A stretch of DNA of 19,015 nucleotides from Geosiphon pyriformis uo1 (Eukaryota > Fungi > Glomeromycota): assembly GCA_016748015.1 (NCBI GenBank), contig JAAOMT010000496.1:136108-155122 (forward strand), read 5' to 3'. This document shows positions 9,400 to 19,015 of this stretch, piece after piece. The position numbers were made by a program, and so were the translations under genes. Position 1 is the stretch's first letter, and each line of letters begins with the position of its first letter. Under the pieces are notes generated by a model. The model made no database searches and was not told the DNA's origin. It saw only the letters and a program-made list of their open reading frames with translations.

Positions 9400-12086
9400 T
9401 CACTGGATGGTAAGTCTGGAGAGAGTGTCGGTGTTTTGATGATTAGCTCCTTTGTGGTGTTGAATATCATAGTCAAATTCATCCAAGTGGAGTATCCAGT
9501 GAGTTATCTGTTTATGTTCCAGTTTCTTTTGTTGCATAGCCAAACCAAAGCTTGGTAATCTGTTATTACCAAAAATTTTACACCCTTAAGATATTTGTCC
9601 CAGTAGCTAGTAGTCCAAACTACTGCTAAGCATTCTTGCTCAGTGACTGAGTAGTTTCTTTCTGCTGGTGTGAGAGTTCTACTAATATATGCTATGGCAT
9701 GTTCCCTGCCATCTTCATCTTTTTGGAAAAGAACAGCACCAAGTCCATAGCCAGATGCATCAGTGTGGAGAATAAAAAGTTGATCCAGATTAGGTTGCAT
9801 GAGGATGAGTTCTGTAACCAGTTTTTCCTTTAGAATTTCAAATGCTTTTTGTTGATGAGTGCCCCAGTGATAATTGATGTTTTTCCTAAGTAGTTGATTA
9901 AGAGGAGTGGCAATTTTAGAGAAATCCTTAACAAACTTGCGATAATAAGAGACCAAACCAAGAAAAGAGCGTAGTTCATGAATATTCATGGGTTGTCTAA
10001 TGTTTTGAACTTTTTCAATTTTGGCTGGATCAGGGAAGATTCCATCTTTTGTAATAAGATGGCCAAGGAACTGGGTGGATTGACGTCCAAAGAATGATTT
10101 GATTGGATTGATCTTGAGACCAGCATTTCTAAGGAGGTCAAAAACCTTTTGCAAATGTTCAAGATGTTCATCCCAGGTTTTTGAGTATACCATTATGTCG
10201 TCCAAGTAGACTAGAACAAAGTTTTTTTTTACTGATTCAAATACTTTGTCCATTAAGTGTTGAAATATGGGAGGAGCATTTGTGAGACCAAAAGGCATGA
10301 CTGTGAATTCATAGGTACCATACTTGGTGATAAAGGCAGTTTTCTTTCTGCTTTCTGGATCCATCTCTACTTGCCAGAATCCAGCAGTTAAGTCAATGGT
10401 TGAGAAGAAAGCGGCATCATGGAATTGGTCTAGCATTGCATTAATCTTGGGAAATGGGTATATGTCTCTTTCAGTAATGGCATTTAATTGGTAATAGTCA
10501 ATACAAAAGCATAGAGTTCCTCCTTTCTTGGATACCACTACAACTGGGAATGCCCATTCACTCTTGGTTTCCTGTATGAATCCAAGAGTTTTCATTCGGG
10601 TTATTTCCTTTTTTATAAACTCATCATTGCACCTGTTGGATTGATAGGGCTTCAAATAGATGGGGCGAGTTTCTCTGGTAATGATGGTGTGTTGTATCAC
10701 ATGTGTACGTCCAGGAGGTTCATCTTCTTTTGAGATAACTGGGCTGTTTCTAGCCAGCAGGTTTTTAATGTCTACTTTTCTTTCTTCTGGAGAGAGTTTT
10801 CTTTGTTCTACAACCAGTGATTGGATTTCAGGTGGTTTGTTTTCAAAGAACTTTTGGACTTCTTTTATTTCCTCTCGGGGTATCAAGCTGATTGGTTCCC
10901 AATCTTTGTAATAGATCAGGCAGGACATGCATTTATCACTAGGAGAGTACAATGGTTTGTCGCACCAGCACCAGGCACAAAAACCATGCCACCAATAACT
11001 GTATTTGGCTTTCTTGCCTGGCTTTCTGTCAAAGGTTCTTCTGAGCATGTCATAATAAGGCCAGCAGATCAGCTTGCTATTGACAATAATTCCTTCTTTA
11101 TCTGCCTTGACATTATCCAGTGGTTTGCCATTGCTAGTGAAAATGGTATAGGTGAGTTCAGTAGTTTCTTCTTGTTCTTTTTGTTCTTCTTCTTCCTCAC
11201 TTTCTTCATCATCTGATCCATCTGATTTATTTTCTTCTGGGCTCTGCTTGGGTACTGGGAGAGTTGTCCAATGGCAACACTTAACCACAATGGGTTTCTC
11301 ACCACATCTGATGGTTAGTTCACAGAGTTCATAATCAAGCAAAGCCTTTGCTTTCTTGAGCCATTTATTGCCAACAATGATGGTGTATTCTTTTGCTTTA
11401 GACACTTCTATATCAGTTTCAATGCTGATGCCATTGATGCAGACAGGAATAGCTTTGGCTATGCCAAGCCCTTTTTTTTTATCACCATGCACATTGGTCA
11501 TTGGTCATGTGGATAGTTCATTAATTTTTCTGCCAATTGCTTCAAGAAAGTGTTTGGCAATAACACTAACAGATGATTTACTGTCTAGAATCAAATTGAT
11601 GAAGTAGCCAGCCACTTGGGCTTTACAAATTAGAGGAGTGACATTGCTATTGTTAGCAAGTCCAGCTTGGCGAGGGCATTTGTTGGTTTTGGGTGCCTTT
11701 TTTTTTGGAATCAGGGATTTGCAAAGATCTTTTCTGAATTGTAAATGGGTCATCAATTGGCCAAAGGTTATATGTGCTGGGGTTTCCATAAGGTCTTTGA
11801 CAACAGAATAGGGACCGGATTTTTGTACTATTTCTGGGGGTTCTAACTTTGGAGGGTTCTTGAAAACTTTGGCTTTTGGGGGCTCATTGTTGTCAGCAGT
11901 TGATGTAGAAGCTTTATTGGGGTCTAGAACGAAATCAACTTTGGCTTTCTTCTTCTTTCTTGTGGATTCAGAGGGGTTGATTGCTAATTCATCCATGTCA
12001 TAGTCATCATCAGTTAAGTTAAAAGCGTAAAAGGGGTTTTCTTCTGGTTGGCTTGCACTCTCACTCTTTGAAGGTGCGCCTACCAA
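9400..12086 (-). pseudogene. pol: pol: aspartic protease - Cys-rich spacer - reverse transcriptase - RNase H
   Basis: LILDSKSSVSVI (DSG decayed), FCIDYYQLN, VMPFGLTNAP, YLDD, LHTDASGYGLGAVL, NYSVTEQECLAVVW. In-frame TGA at 11505-11507. A 1-nt frameshift near 9540 leads to WILHLDEFDYDIQHHKG..NTDTLSRLTIQ*. Confidence 0.95.
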
Positions 12087-12092
12087 TTTAAA
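12045..12092 (-). other. Putative -1 programmed ribosomal frameshift signal (gag/pol)
   Basis: In-frame heptamer T_TTA_AAT (12092-12086). The -1 frame reads FKLVGAPSKSE = pol. The downstream sequence forms an imperfect stem TGGT-A-GGC-GCAC...GTGC-AA-GCC-A-ACCA. Confidence 0.75.
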
Positions 12093-13633
12093 GGCTAATA
12101 AACAGTGGCTTCAACTAGGGGATCCTTTTCAAAGAAATTGATGTTGGCATAATTGGGTCTTTGGTTGGGCATATTGTTGTTATTGGGTCTGTTGTTCTGA
12201 GCATCATTGTTTTTGGAAACTGGTGGAGATAGTGGAGAATTGTTGCAATCTCTTGAAAAGTGTCCAGTTAATCCACAGCAATAGCATACAGGTGGGCCAT
12301 GATTTTGTTGTCTTTGATAAGGTGGTTGCTGGGGCTGATTGAAACATGGTTCAAATCTGGGTCTTTGTGGTTGCTGATTTTCTCTAACTGCTTGGGCTAA
12401 GGGTTCTAATAACTGGGCTAGATTTGCTGTAAGTCTGTCTATTAATTGTTCATTTGGATCTTGAGTGTGAGTAGCAAAAGAAGTAGCAGTCATTTGAGAG
12501 GCAGGAGCCATAACAGAAACAGGAACAAAAACTGGTAGTGTGAATTCCAAGTGCATCCTTTGGTTGTCTTCAATTTTTTGTGCTAATTCAATGGCCATAT
12601 CCATGGTGGGGTTATCTTTCAGCGCCAGGAGAGGCCAAAGAGCATACGATAGATCAGTTCTCAATTCTTTTGTGAAGGAGTGAATTTTCTGCTCTTCTAT
12701 CTAATTTCTTCCAGTGTCTACTCATTTGATTAACTTTCTGATTGCTTTGGCGTATTCGGTTACAACTTCTCCAAGGCCTTGGGTTCTTCTTTCCAATTCC
12801 ATGTACCATTTTGATATTAATATTGGGGTTCTGAACTTGGCCTCAAATTTGGTAGTAAAAGAGGTATTTTCTTCTCCAACATTAATTGGTGTCCATCTGA
12901 TTATTCTGTGTTGAGCATTGACATCTGTTTCTTGTGAAAACCAGATAGCAGGAGAGCCTTGGAGGTAGCCACCAACAATTTGGAACTTGTACTCATCGTC
13001 ATATTGATTGGCTGTAGCAGCTCTTTCAAAGTCATCCAACCATTCAATTGGATCTTGTGCATCACCTCTAAATAATGGTATTGGGGTGTTGTTTCTTTGC
13101 CCTAGAGCAGTTTGTATACCTTGGAGGGCGGCCAGAATGTTTGCTTGCATGGAGTCATTAGCCATTGGTTCAGGAGTAACTGTTTGTGTAGACGAGTCTG
13201 ATTCGCTTGATAAAAGATCAAAAACAGGGGCAGTTTGGTAGCTTTCTTCTTCTGTTTCAAAGGGAGTTTCAGTTGCTTGATGGGCAGCAATCCAAATGTG
13301 AATTTGATGATTCAGATATTCGAAATTAGGGGGCTGTTGTTCAAAGGTTGCAGAATATAAGAGCTGATTGATACTGTTGTTTCTTTCTTCAAAGTCGTTT
13401 TCAAAATAAGCTTGGTCAAAGTAATAGGTTGTATAAGCTGTGTAGGTTTCAGCTGAATGCTTGTTCAGAAACCAGTTCCAAAAGTCTTGAAATTGTCTAC
13501 TGGATTGTTCTTCAAGAGAGAAACAGATCAAGCAGGAGGGCAGAGGATTAAGTTCAATGAAACTTTGGTCATTTCTGTTGTGTGCTACAAAGTGTTCTTC
13601 TGATTGCTGTGGCAGATATGAATAATCACCCAT
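12080..13633 (-). pseudogene. gag: gag (N-terminal extension, capsid, CCHC zinc knuckle) with in-frame stops
   Basis: ATG 28 nt after the PBS; capsid motif PLFRGDAQDPIEWLDDFERAATANQY...QGLGEVVTEY; CYCCGLTGHFSRDC. ORFs 12722-13633 and 12095-12664 are in one frame. The likely original stop is TAG 12080-12082. Confidence 0.92.
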
Positions 13634-13661
13634 ACAATGAGGGAATAAGTGAATTTTGACA

Positions 13662-13679
13662 ACCTCACAGGGAGCACCA
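13662..13679 (-). other. Primer-binding site
   Basis: TGGTGCTCCCTGTGAGGT, 6 nt inside the 5' LTR, complementary to a tRNA 3' end ...CCUCACAGGGAGCACCA. It resembles elongator Met or Ile(UAU) type ends; identity is unverified. Confidence 0.85.
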
Positions 13680-13685
13680 CTTTTA

Positions 13686-14364
13686 TGTTACAGGTTGGAG
13701 TAACAAGCTAACGGATAGCAAGGGAGAACAGAATTGTAGGGTAATGGAAATAATCAAAGGGAATTCAACTTTAATGAGCAAATTGAATGAGTATGAATTC
13801 AATGTGCGAGATCAGTCTCATAAAATATCTCAGTCACTATTCTTTTTAAAAGGTAACAAGGGAATCTGAAAGTAAAGGGATAGTTCGTACTATCAACAAT
13901 TGATAACTGCTGGTATAATTCTATGCCTTACGTTGGCACTCTTAGAATTCAATATCAGGTATCAACTTGTGCTCTTCAGTCACATTTATTCAAATAATCT
14001 TCAAATGCTACAATTATATATGTCAAGAAAAGGCCAACAAGTAATCTTTTATCCTAAGATGTTCGGATACTTGAAGATAGGGAAAGGGGAATTAGCGATA
14101 AGAGAGTAATTGAGATGAAAGTTGTTATTTTTATTTATTTGATTCTTGTCTGAAAGATAATTTTCTATAGCTATTGAAAGTGATCAATGATCAGATCAAC
14201 AACTAGGTCAATAATCAGGTCAATGATCAGGTCATTGATTAGGTTAATAATCAGGTCATTGATCAGGTCAACGATCACTATCTAAAAATAGTGTGGCTAA
14301 TTATATGACATCAGTAGCTAATACATGTGATAACTAATAAAAATTATGAGTTTCAATCATAACA
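13686..14364 (-). repeat. 5' LTR (679 bp)
   Basis: TGTTA...TAACA termini; homology to 6736-7353; adjacent PBS. Confidence 0.92.
14186..14269. repeat. 7 x 12-bp tandem repeat in U3 of the 5' LTR
   Basis: Consensus AATGATCAGGTC; these 84 bp are absent from the 3' LTR. Confidence 0.88.
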
Positions 14365-17300
14365 CTATGTTTACTAGAACTGTGAATCGTTCAGTTGAAT
14401 CAAAATCTTGTATTTTTTTTTTACTTTAGTTTAGTTGTTCTCTGTCACTAACTGGTTATAACTCTGAAATGTTAATTAAGAATAGATAAATTGCTTAAGT
14501 AAATTTTTTAGCATGTTCTATTCTGAATGGTTTTTTAGTTTTATTTTGTAGCATAACAGTAATGTCTCCAGTGTATTCTGTATTTACAATTTCTTTTCTA
14601 ATATTTATTTTTTTGCTTGCCAATAATAATCTGGAAGCAATTTGAATCATTGCTTCTAATAGAATTTCAAGAGCAATTCTAAGATTGATTTTTGTTAAAG
14701 ATTTTGGTTAGAGGACCAAAGTATTTTTTCATAGATATCATAGATCATATCCAGTCTCTATATTATGGGCTTTTTCTGGTTTGATTTCTTGACTATTGTT
14801 GTTAAAGTATTTAAGTTGTAAGACCAGTTGATTCTTAGTAAGATAGATTGAAATTGTTGTGATTTTTTCTTCTGGCTCAGATTTTCCAAACTCAATTTCC
14901 TCTTGGTCATCTTTGCTGAATAAAAAAATGCTAAGAGCATAGCATTCTAAACACTATTTATTATTATAAGACATGATGTATTCTTTACATAATTGAATGT
15001 TTATTTGCTTTAATCATTGAATTTAAGCTTCTTGGGTTGGATAAATGTGGCTTGCAATTTGGTGGTATTTTTTTACTTCATCTTTATAGTTGAATTCAGC
15101 TAATTCTATTGTGTATTCAATGTACTTAACTTCTTTCATTTGGCAGATATCTTCTTGTGTGGCTTTATTAATTAAAGCCATAGCTAAGTCAAAGATTATT
15201 TCAACATCATGAGAGTAGTGATAAAGTTTGTTGAAAGCACTATTGTAGACTGCATCAAAGAATGTTTTTTTTCTGACTTTTTCTAAGATTAATAAGACAT
15301 ATTAGCAGGTTTGATCACATATTCTTCCTTTTATTGTAACATTAATTCAGTTGCATTCTTTTAGTAGCATGTCTCTATATATGAGACAAGAAGTGTTGTT
15401 CTATTTTCCATTTTGTTTGGGGTATTCAAATCGTTCTCTATGGCATGTTTTATAAAAGTAGCAGATGTAAGTTTCATATTTTTTTTCTGAAAAAATGCAT
15501 GCTTCTATTGATAAAAGTTTCTTTTTACAATCTTTACATTTAAGTGGGATGTAAAATGATTGTTTCCATGATTTTGGTGTAAAGTATTGAACAACATTCC
15601 ATCTTCTGGTTTCTTCAAAAATTTTTTGTTCTGTTTCTTCTGGCCAATTAGATATTAATCCAAAAGCCATAAAAGTTTTAATCACTGGTTTTTTTTCTTC
15701 TTCTTCAAATTCAAATACTGGGGCTTTTTTAGATTGTTTATTAAAGGTATCATAAGTGACAGATACTCTGATATATTGTCTTTAGTATAAAATCTTGAGT
15801 TCTTGAGTTTCTCAATCTAGATTTGTATTTGCTTTAAGAAGCCAATTGTTTTTGACAAGAGCTTAATATTGGGGTGCATTTATGACTAAAACTTTAACTG
15901 GAATGATGATTCTATTGACAGTAAATAGAAAGTTGTTAATTTCTCTTACTGAAGTTTTTTTCATATTATCAGCTATAACAATTACAGTTTGAGCTGGTTT
16001 GTTAACGTTTTTTTTAAGCTGTTATATCAATTAATAAATAATAATGCCTTCAATAGATCTACTGTTTAGAATCAAGCAGATTTGTTTTTTTTCTACTTCA
16101 GCTTTAGTATACATAGCAGTGATTGCTTTTTGCTTATTAACTGCTGCATTGTTAAGCAAGAATGGTAATTCATTGGCTTTAAATTCAAATGGAAATATAT
16201 CTAAAAGGTTGGTATTTTGAGCAATTTGGGCTGGTGGAATAGTATTGTTAAAAGAGTTTGATCTTGGTGCTGCAACTTTATCTTCAAAAAGTGCAGTTTG
16301 TTAAAAATTCACTTCTTCAGACATTGTGAGATAGCTGGGTTGAGTGTGATAGTAATTGGGTTTTTGATAACCAGAATTTCGGAAAACCAACTGGTTGTTT
16401 GAGTTGATTTTGTTGTTATTATTCTGGAATTGATTTTGAGGTGTGAATTGGTTTTGTTAAACCAATCTTTAGGCTGGTATTTGATATTGTTGTGTAGGTA
16501 GTTGTTGATACTATTGGATTGGTAGAAATTGTTAATATGGCTGTTGTAAAGCAGGCTGATAGTAATTGTTTTGCTGTTGGGGTCTTGAAAAATAGTAGGC
16601 TGGTGGTAGAGGCTGATAATAAAATTGCTGTGTTGAAAAATAACATTGATTACTTCTGTTTTGTTGGTCTCTTTATAGCTTTCTGCAGTCTCATTTTCAA
16701 TATTTTGAAATTCCACAATAGTGATCTCTTTGGTTTTGGCTGTTTAATAATAATAGATAATTGTTTTGATTATATTGTTGGGGTGACTAATATCTTTGTA
16801 GTTGTTGTTGTTGTTAGTTGGTAAAATAATTTTCAACCTTTTTTGTGAGTTGGTTAATTTTCTCTTCAGCTGCTAAACTGGTTTCTCCAATAACAAGATT
16901 CACAAGTTTGGTATAATTTGCTTCTTTTATTGCTATTTTATACTTCTTTGAATATTTAATAGCTATTGTTAAGTCTGCTGGGACATGTGAGCAAACTTTC
17001 TTGATTAGTTTATTTTTTAATCCTGCAATAAACTAATCTAGAATTTGGGTATTGGAATAGTAGTCATTGGTTTTCAGTTGTTAAATTCATCTAAGAAGTT
17101 TATTAAATCTCTTAAAATAGGTTATGACAATTTTAAATGTTTTTTGTTTGATATTGTAAAAGCAATTTCAGAAAGTAATAGAGATGTTGTTGTTAATAAA
17201 TTGTTGTAAAAAAACATTTTTGAATGCTTGCCAGTTTTCAAATGGTTCTTTTAAGTTTTCAAACCATTTTTTTGCAGTTTTTTAAAGAAAGTATAAGATT

Positions 17301-17396
17301 GCTTTAAGCATTCTTGCTGTATTCTATTCATTTATATCTTCTGCTTTCTGGACTTTGTCAAGCCACTCTTAAGGACTGGTATCATTATATTTATCA
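14365..17396 (-). mobile_element. Older, heavily mutated Ty3/gypsy relic (gag - PR - Cys-rich region - dUTPase), truncated by the LTR at 14364
   Basis: Capsid EWLDKVQKA...AKKWFENL...WQAFKNVFLQQF...FIAGL (~16850-17390); protease YTKAEVEKKQICLILNSRS...ALVKNNWL (~15800-16115); CxxC clusters (15300-15550); dUTPase motifs. Numerous stops. Confidence 0.85.
14380..14780 (-). pseudogene. Retroelement dUTPase domain, decayed
   Basis: Five motifs in order: PEKAH..ETGYDL (AGYDL), QIASRLLLA (RSSLA), KEIVNTEYTGDI (GIID..YTG.I), AKKFT*AI (ERIAQ.I) and QDFDSTE (GFGSTG). Confidence 0.85.
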
Positions 17397-18429
17397 NNNN
17401 NNNNNNNNNNNNNNNNATAATCTTTTAATATTTTAAAAAATCTGTTTGCAATATTTATTTTATTATGTCATTTATTCATTAATCCAAAATTACTTATTTT
17501 TTATTAAAAATTTTAATTGTTATTAATATAAAAAACAATAATAAAAACAAAGGCTTTGCTATTAAAAAATATCCAGAAATCTAATGTAAAAAAAATTTTG
17601 GACTTAATAGTATCTAAGTATGTCTATTATATTATAAGTATAATAAAAAAAAAACATTTTATAATAAAAGTAGTACTTACTCTTAATTTTTGTCTACTCA
17701 AAACATAAAATTCTATAATTTTATTTTTAATTGTATTAGCACAAACAGATTAAAAAGTAGAATTTAAATATTAGAATATTTTGATTAATTTAAAATTTTT
17801 TATTGTAAGAAATAGTTACTGGTAATTGATAAACCAAATAGTAATTATGTTATAAAATTTTTTATTATCAATATTAGTAACAGTTATTACAGAAAACTAG
17901 AACAGTTTTCTAATTAGATTGGCCAAAAATCATAAAAAAAATATCAATTTTATTTATTAAAACATTTTTTCAATTAACTTACAATTTTTTTAAATATTTT
18001 GCTTTTTTTTATAATATTTTTTTATTGTAACATATATTGTTTAAAAAAAAGTTTCTAAATAGTGCCATAAAAGTTTAAGAATATTTATAGTTCTGCAAAA
18101 AAATAGTTTATTTACACATTTTAAGACTATATATTTAGCTGTTTTTTTTTATCTATTTAAACTTATTAAAATAGTTTTATACTTTATTATAAAAACTACA
18201 TTTATTAAATATATTAATTTTGGACTATTTGGATTATTAAATTCTGTTATTTTAAATTTTAAATCTTTAATAACATTAGATAATATCAATAATGAATTTA
18301 TTTTAGTAAGTTAAAAAGTAGAATTATTATATATGTATAGTTTTATATACTTTTTTAACTGATCAGAGTAATTAAACAAAGTAATAATTGATGAACAAGT
18401 AGTACAAATTATATATTTTTTTAATTTTA

Positions 18430-18577
18430 TTGAACTTAAACAAGTTTATAAACTTCAAACTAAATTTAAATCAAACTCAAACTTGTTAAAAAAGTTTAGT
18501 TTAAGTTCAGTTTGTAATTCGAATTGAACTTAAACAATACCCAAAATTTAGTTTGGTTTAATCCAATTGAAATTCTA
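18430..18577. repeat. Possible decayed hAT-like terminus with subterminal short repeats
   Basis: Clustered GAACT/AAACT/AGTTC/AGTTT pentamers in both orientations, ending CAATTGAAATTCTA. This is compatible with a deaminated TAGGG-type TIR plus CCGAA repeats, but no partner end was found. Confidence 0.3.
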
Positions 18578-19015
18578 TCTGTAAAACTGTTAAAATTGTG
18601 CTTAAGAACAACAAACTTATTGTTTATTTTCAAAGAAATTAGCAGAAAAAGTTTAATATTTAGAGATAATTAATACTAGAAAAAACCAAACACACTATAT
18701 AAAAAATAAATCACCAACAATTTACATCCAAGACTTTTTACTAAATAAGACTGAATAAATAATTAGTATTTGTTTTTTCTTATATATATTTGCTAAACAA
18801 ATCTGATTTTGAAAATTGACTATTTATTTACTGTGATCATTTAAATTTTTACTTATTAAACACATATTAAAAACATAAACAAATTGTTTGCACTAAGTAC
18901 AACAAACCAAAAAAAGACCAATTTAATACAAATTCACATTCTTAAAAACAAAAATAAAATTAATAATAGTTTTTTTCAATGTTTTATTAGTAAAGCAAAC
19001 TATAACACATTTATT

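Larger units (their letters stand above)
6736..14364 (-). mobile_element. Ty3/gypsy LTR retrotransposon, near full length, defective, probably recombinant
   Basis: Two TGTTA...TAACA LTRs, PBS, gag with CCHC, PR-RT-RH then IN order, extra 3' ORF and PPT. Confidence 0.96.

Noticed and set aside
9335-9400. Intron joining RNase H to integrase
   Set aside because: A GT donor-like site exists but there is no AG in the spacer.
11494-11508. Apparent 7-bp duplication (TTGGTCA x2) causing a pol frameshift
   Set aside because: Both ORFs are in the same frame (T*PMTNVH); the break is a probable CGA>TGA.
9232-13241. Plus-strand and alternate-frame ORFs (9232-9558, 10660-11607, 12714-13241 and others)
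   Set aside because: Short shadows of gag/pol with no recognisable motifs.
13900-14109. 69-aa ORF within the 5' LTR
   Set aside because: TTG start and the region is poorly conserved in the other LTR.
17417-18430. Extremely AT-rich tract as centromere or origin
   Set aside because: No periodic structure; most simply explained as terminally decayed repeat DNA.

Overview
AT-rich eukaryotic, intron-containing, transposon-dense draft-assembly window with 4 N-gaps. The kelch gene type, short AT-rich introns and TE repertoire suggest an arbuscular-mycorrhizal/Glomeromycota-type fungus (inference). From left to right it holds: three exons of a spliced host gene (-); a CpG-rich 152-bp nested tandem repeat; a kelch pseudogene cut by a full-length TA-flanked Tc1-type element; a younger 159-bp left-end copy of that element; and an exact Tn5/Nextera mosaic-end artefact (3429-3447). 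Next is a decayed spliced Mutator-like gene with DDE-SWIM-Tudor-like-USP-like protease architecture. It is cut by a 7.6-kb Ty3/gypsy LTR element (6736-14364, -) with an unusual layout: gag, a -1 frameshift signal, PR-RT-RH closed by a triple stop, a separately started integrase ORF, and an intact unknown ORF3 running through the PPT into the 3' LTR. The two LTRs are divergent and sit in different host elements, implying recombination or misassembly. To the right are an older, heavily C>T/G>A-mutated gypsy relic with a dUTPase and a very AT-rich decayed region. All domain calls come from manual motif reading, not database searches.
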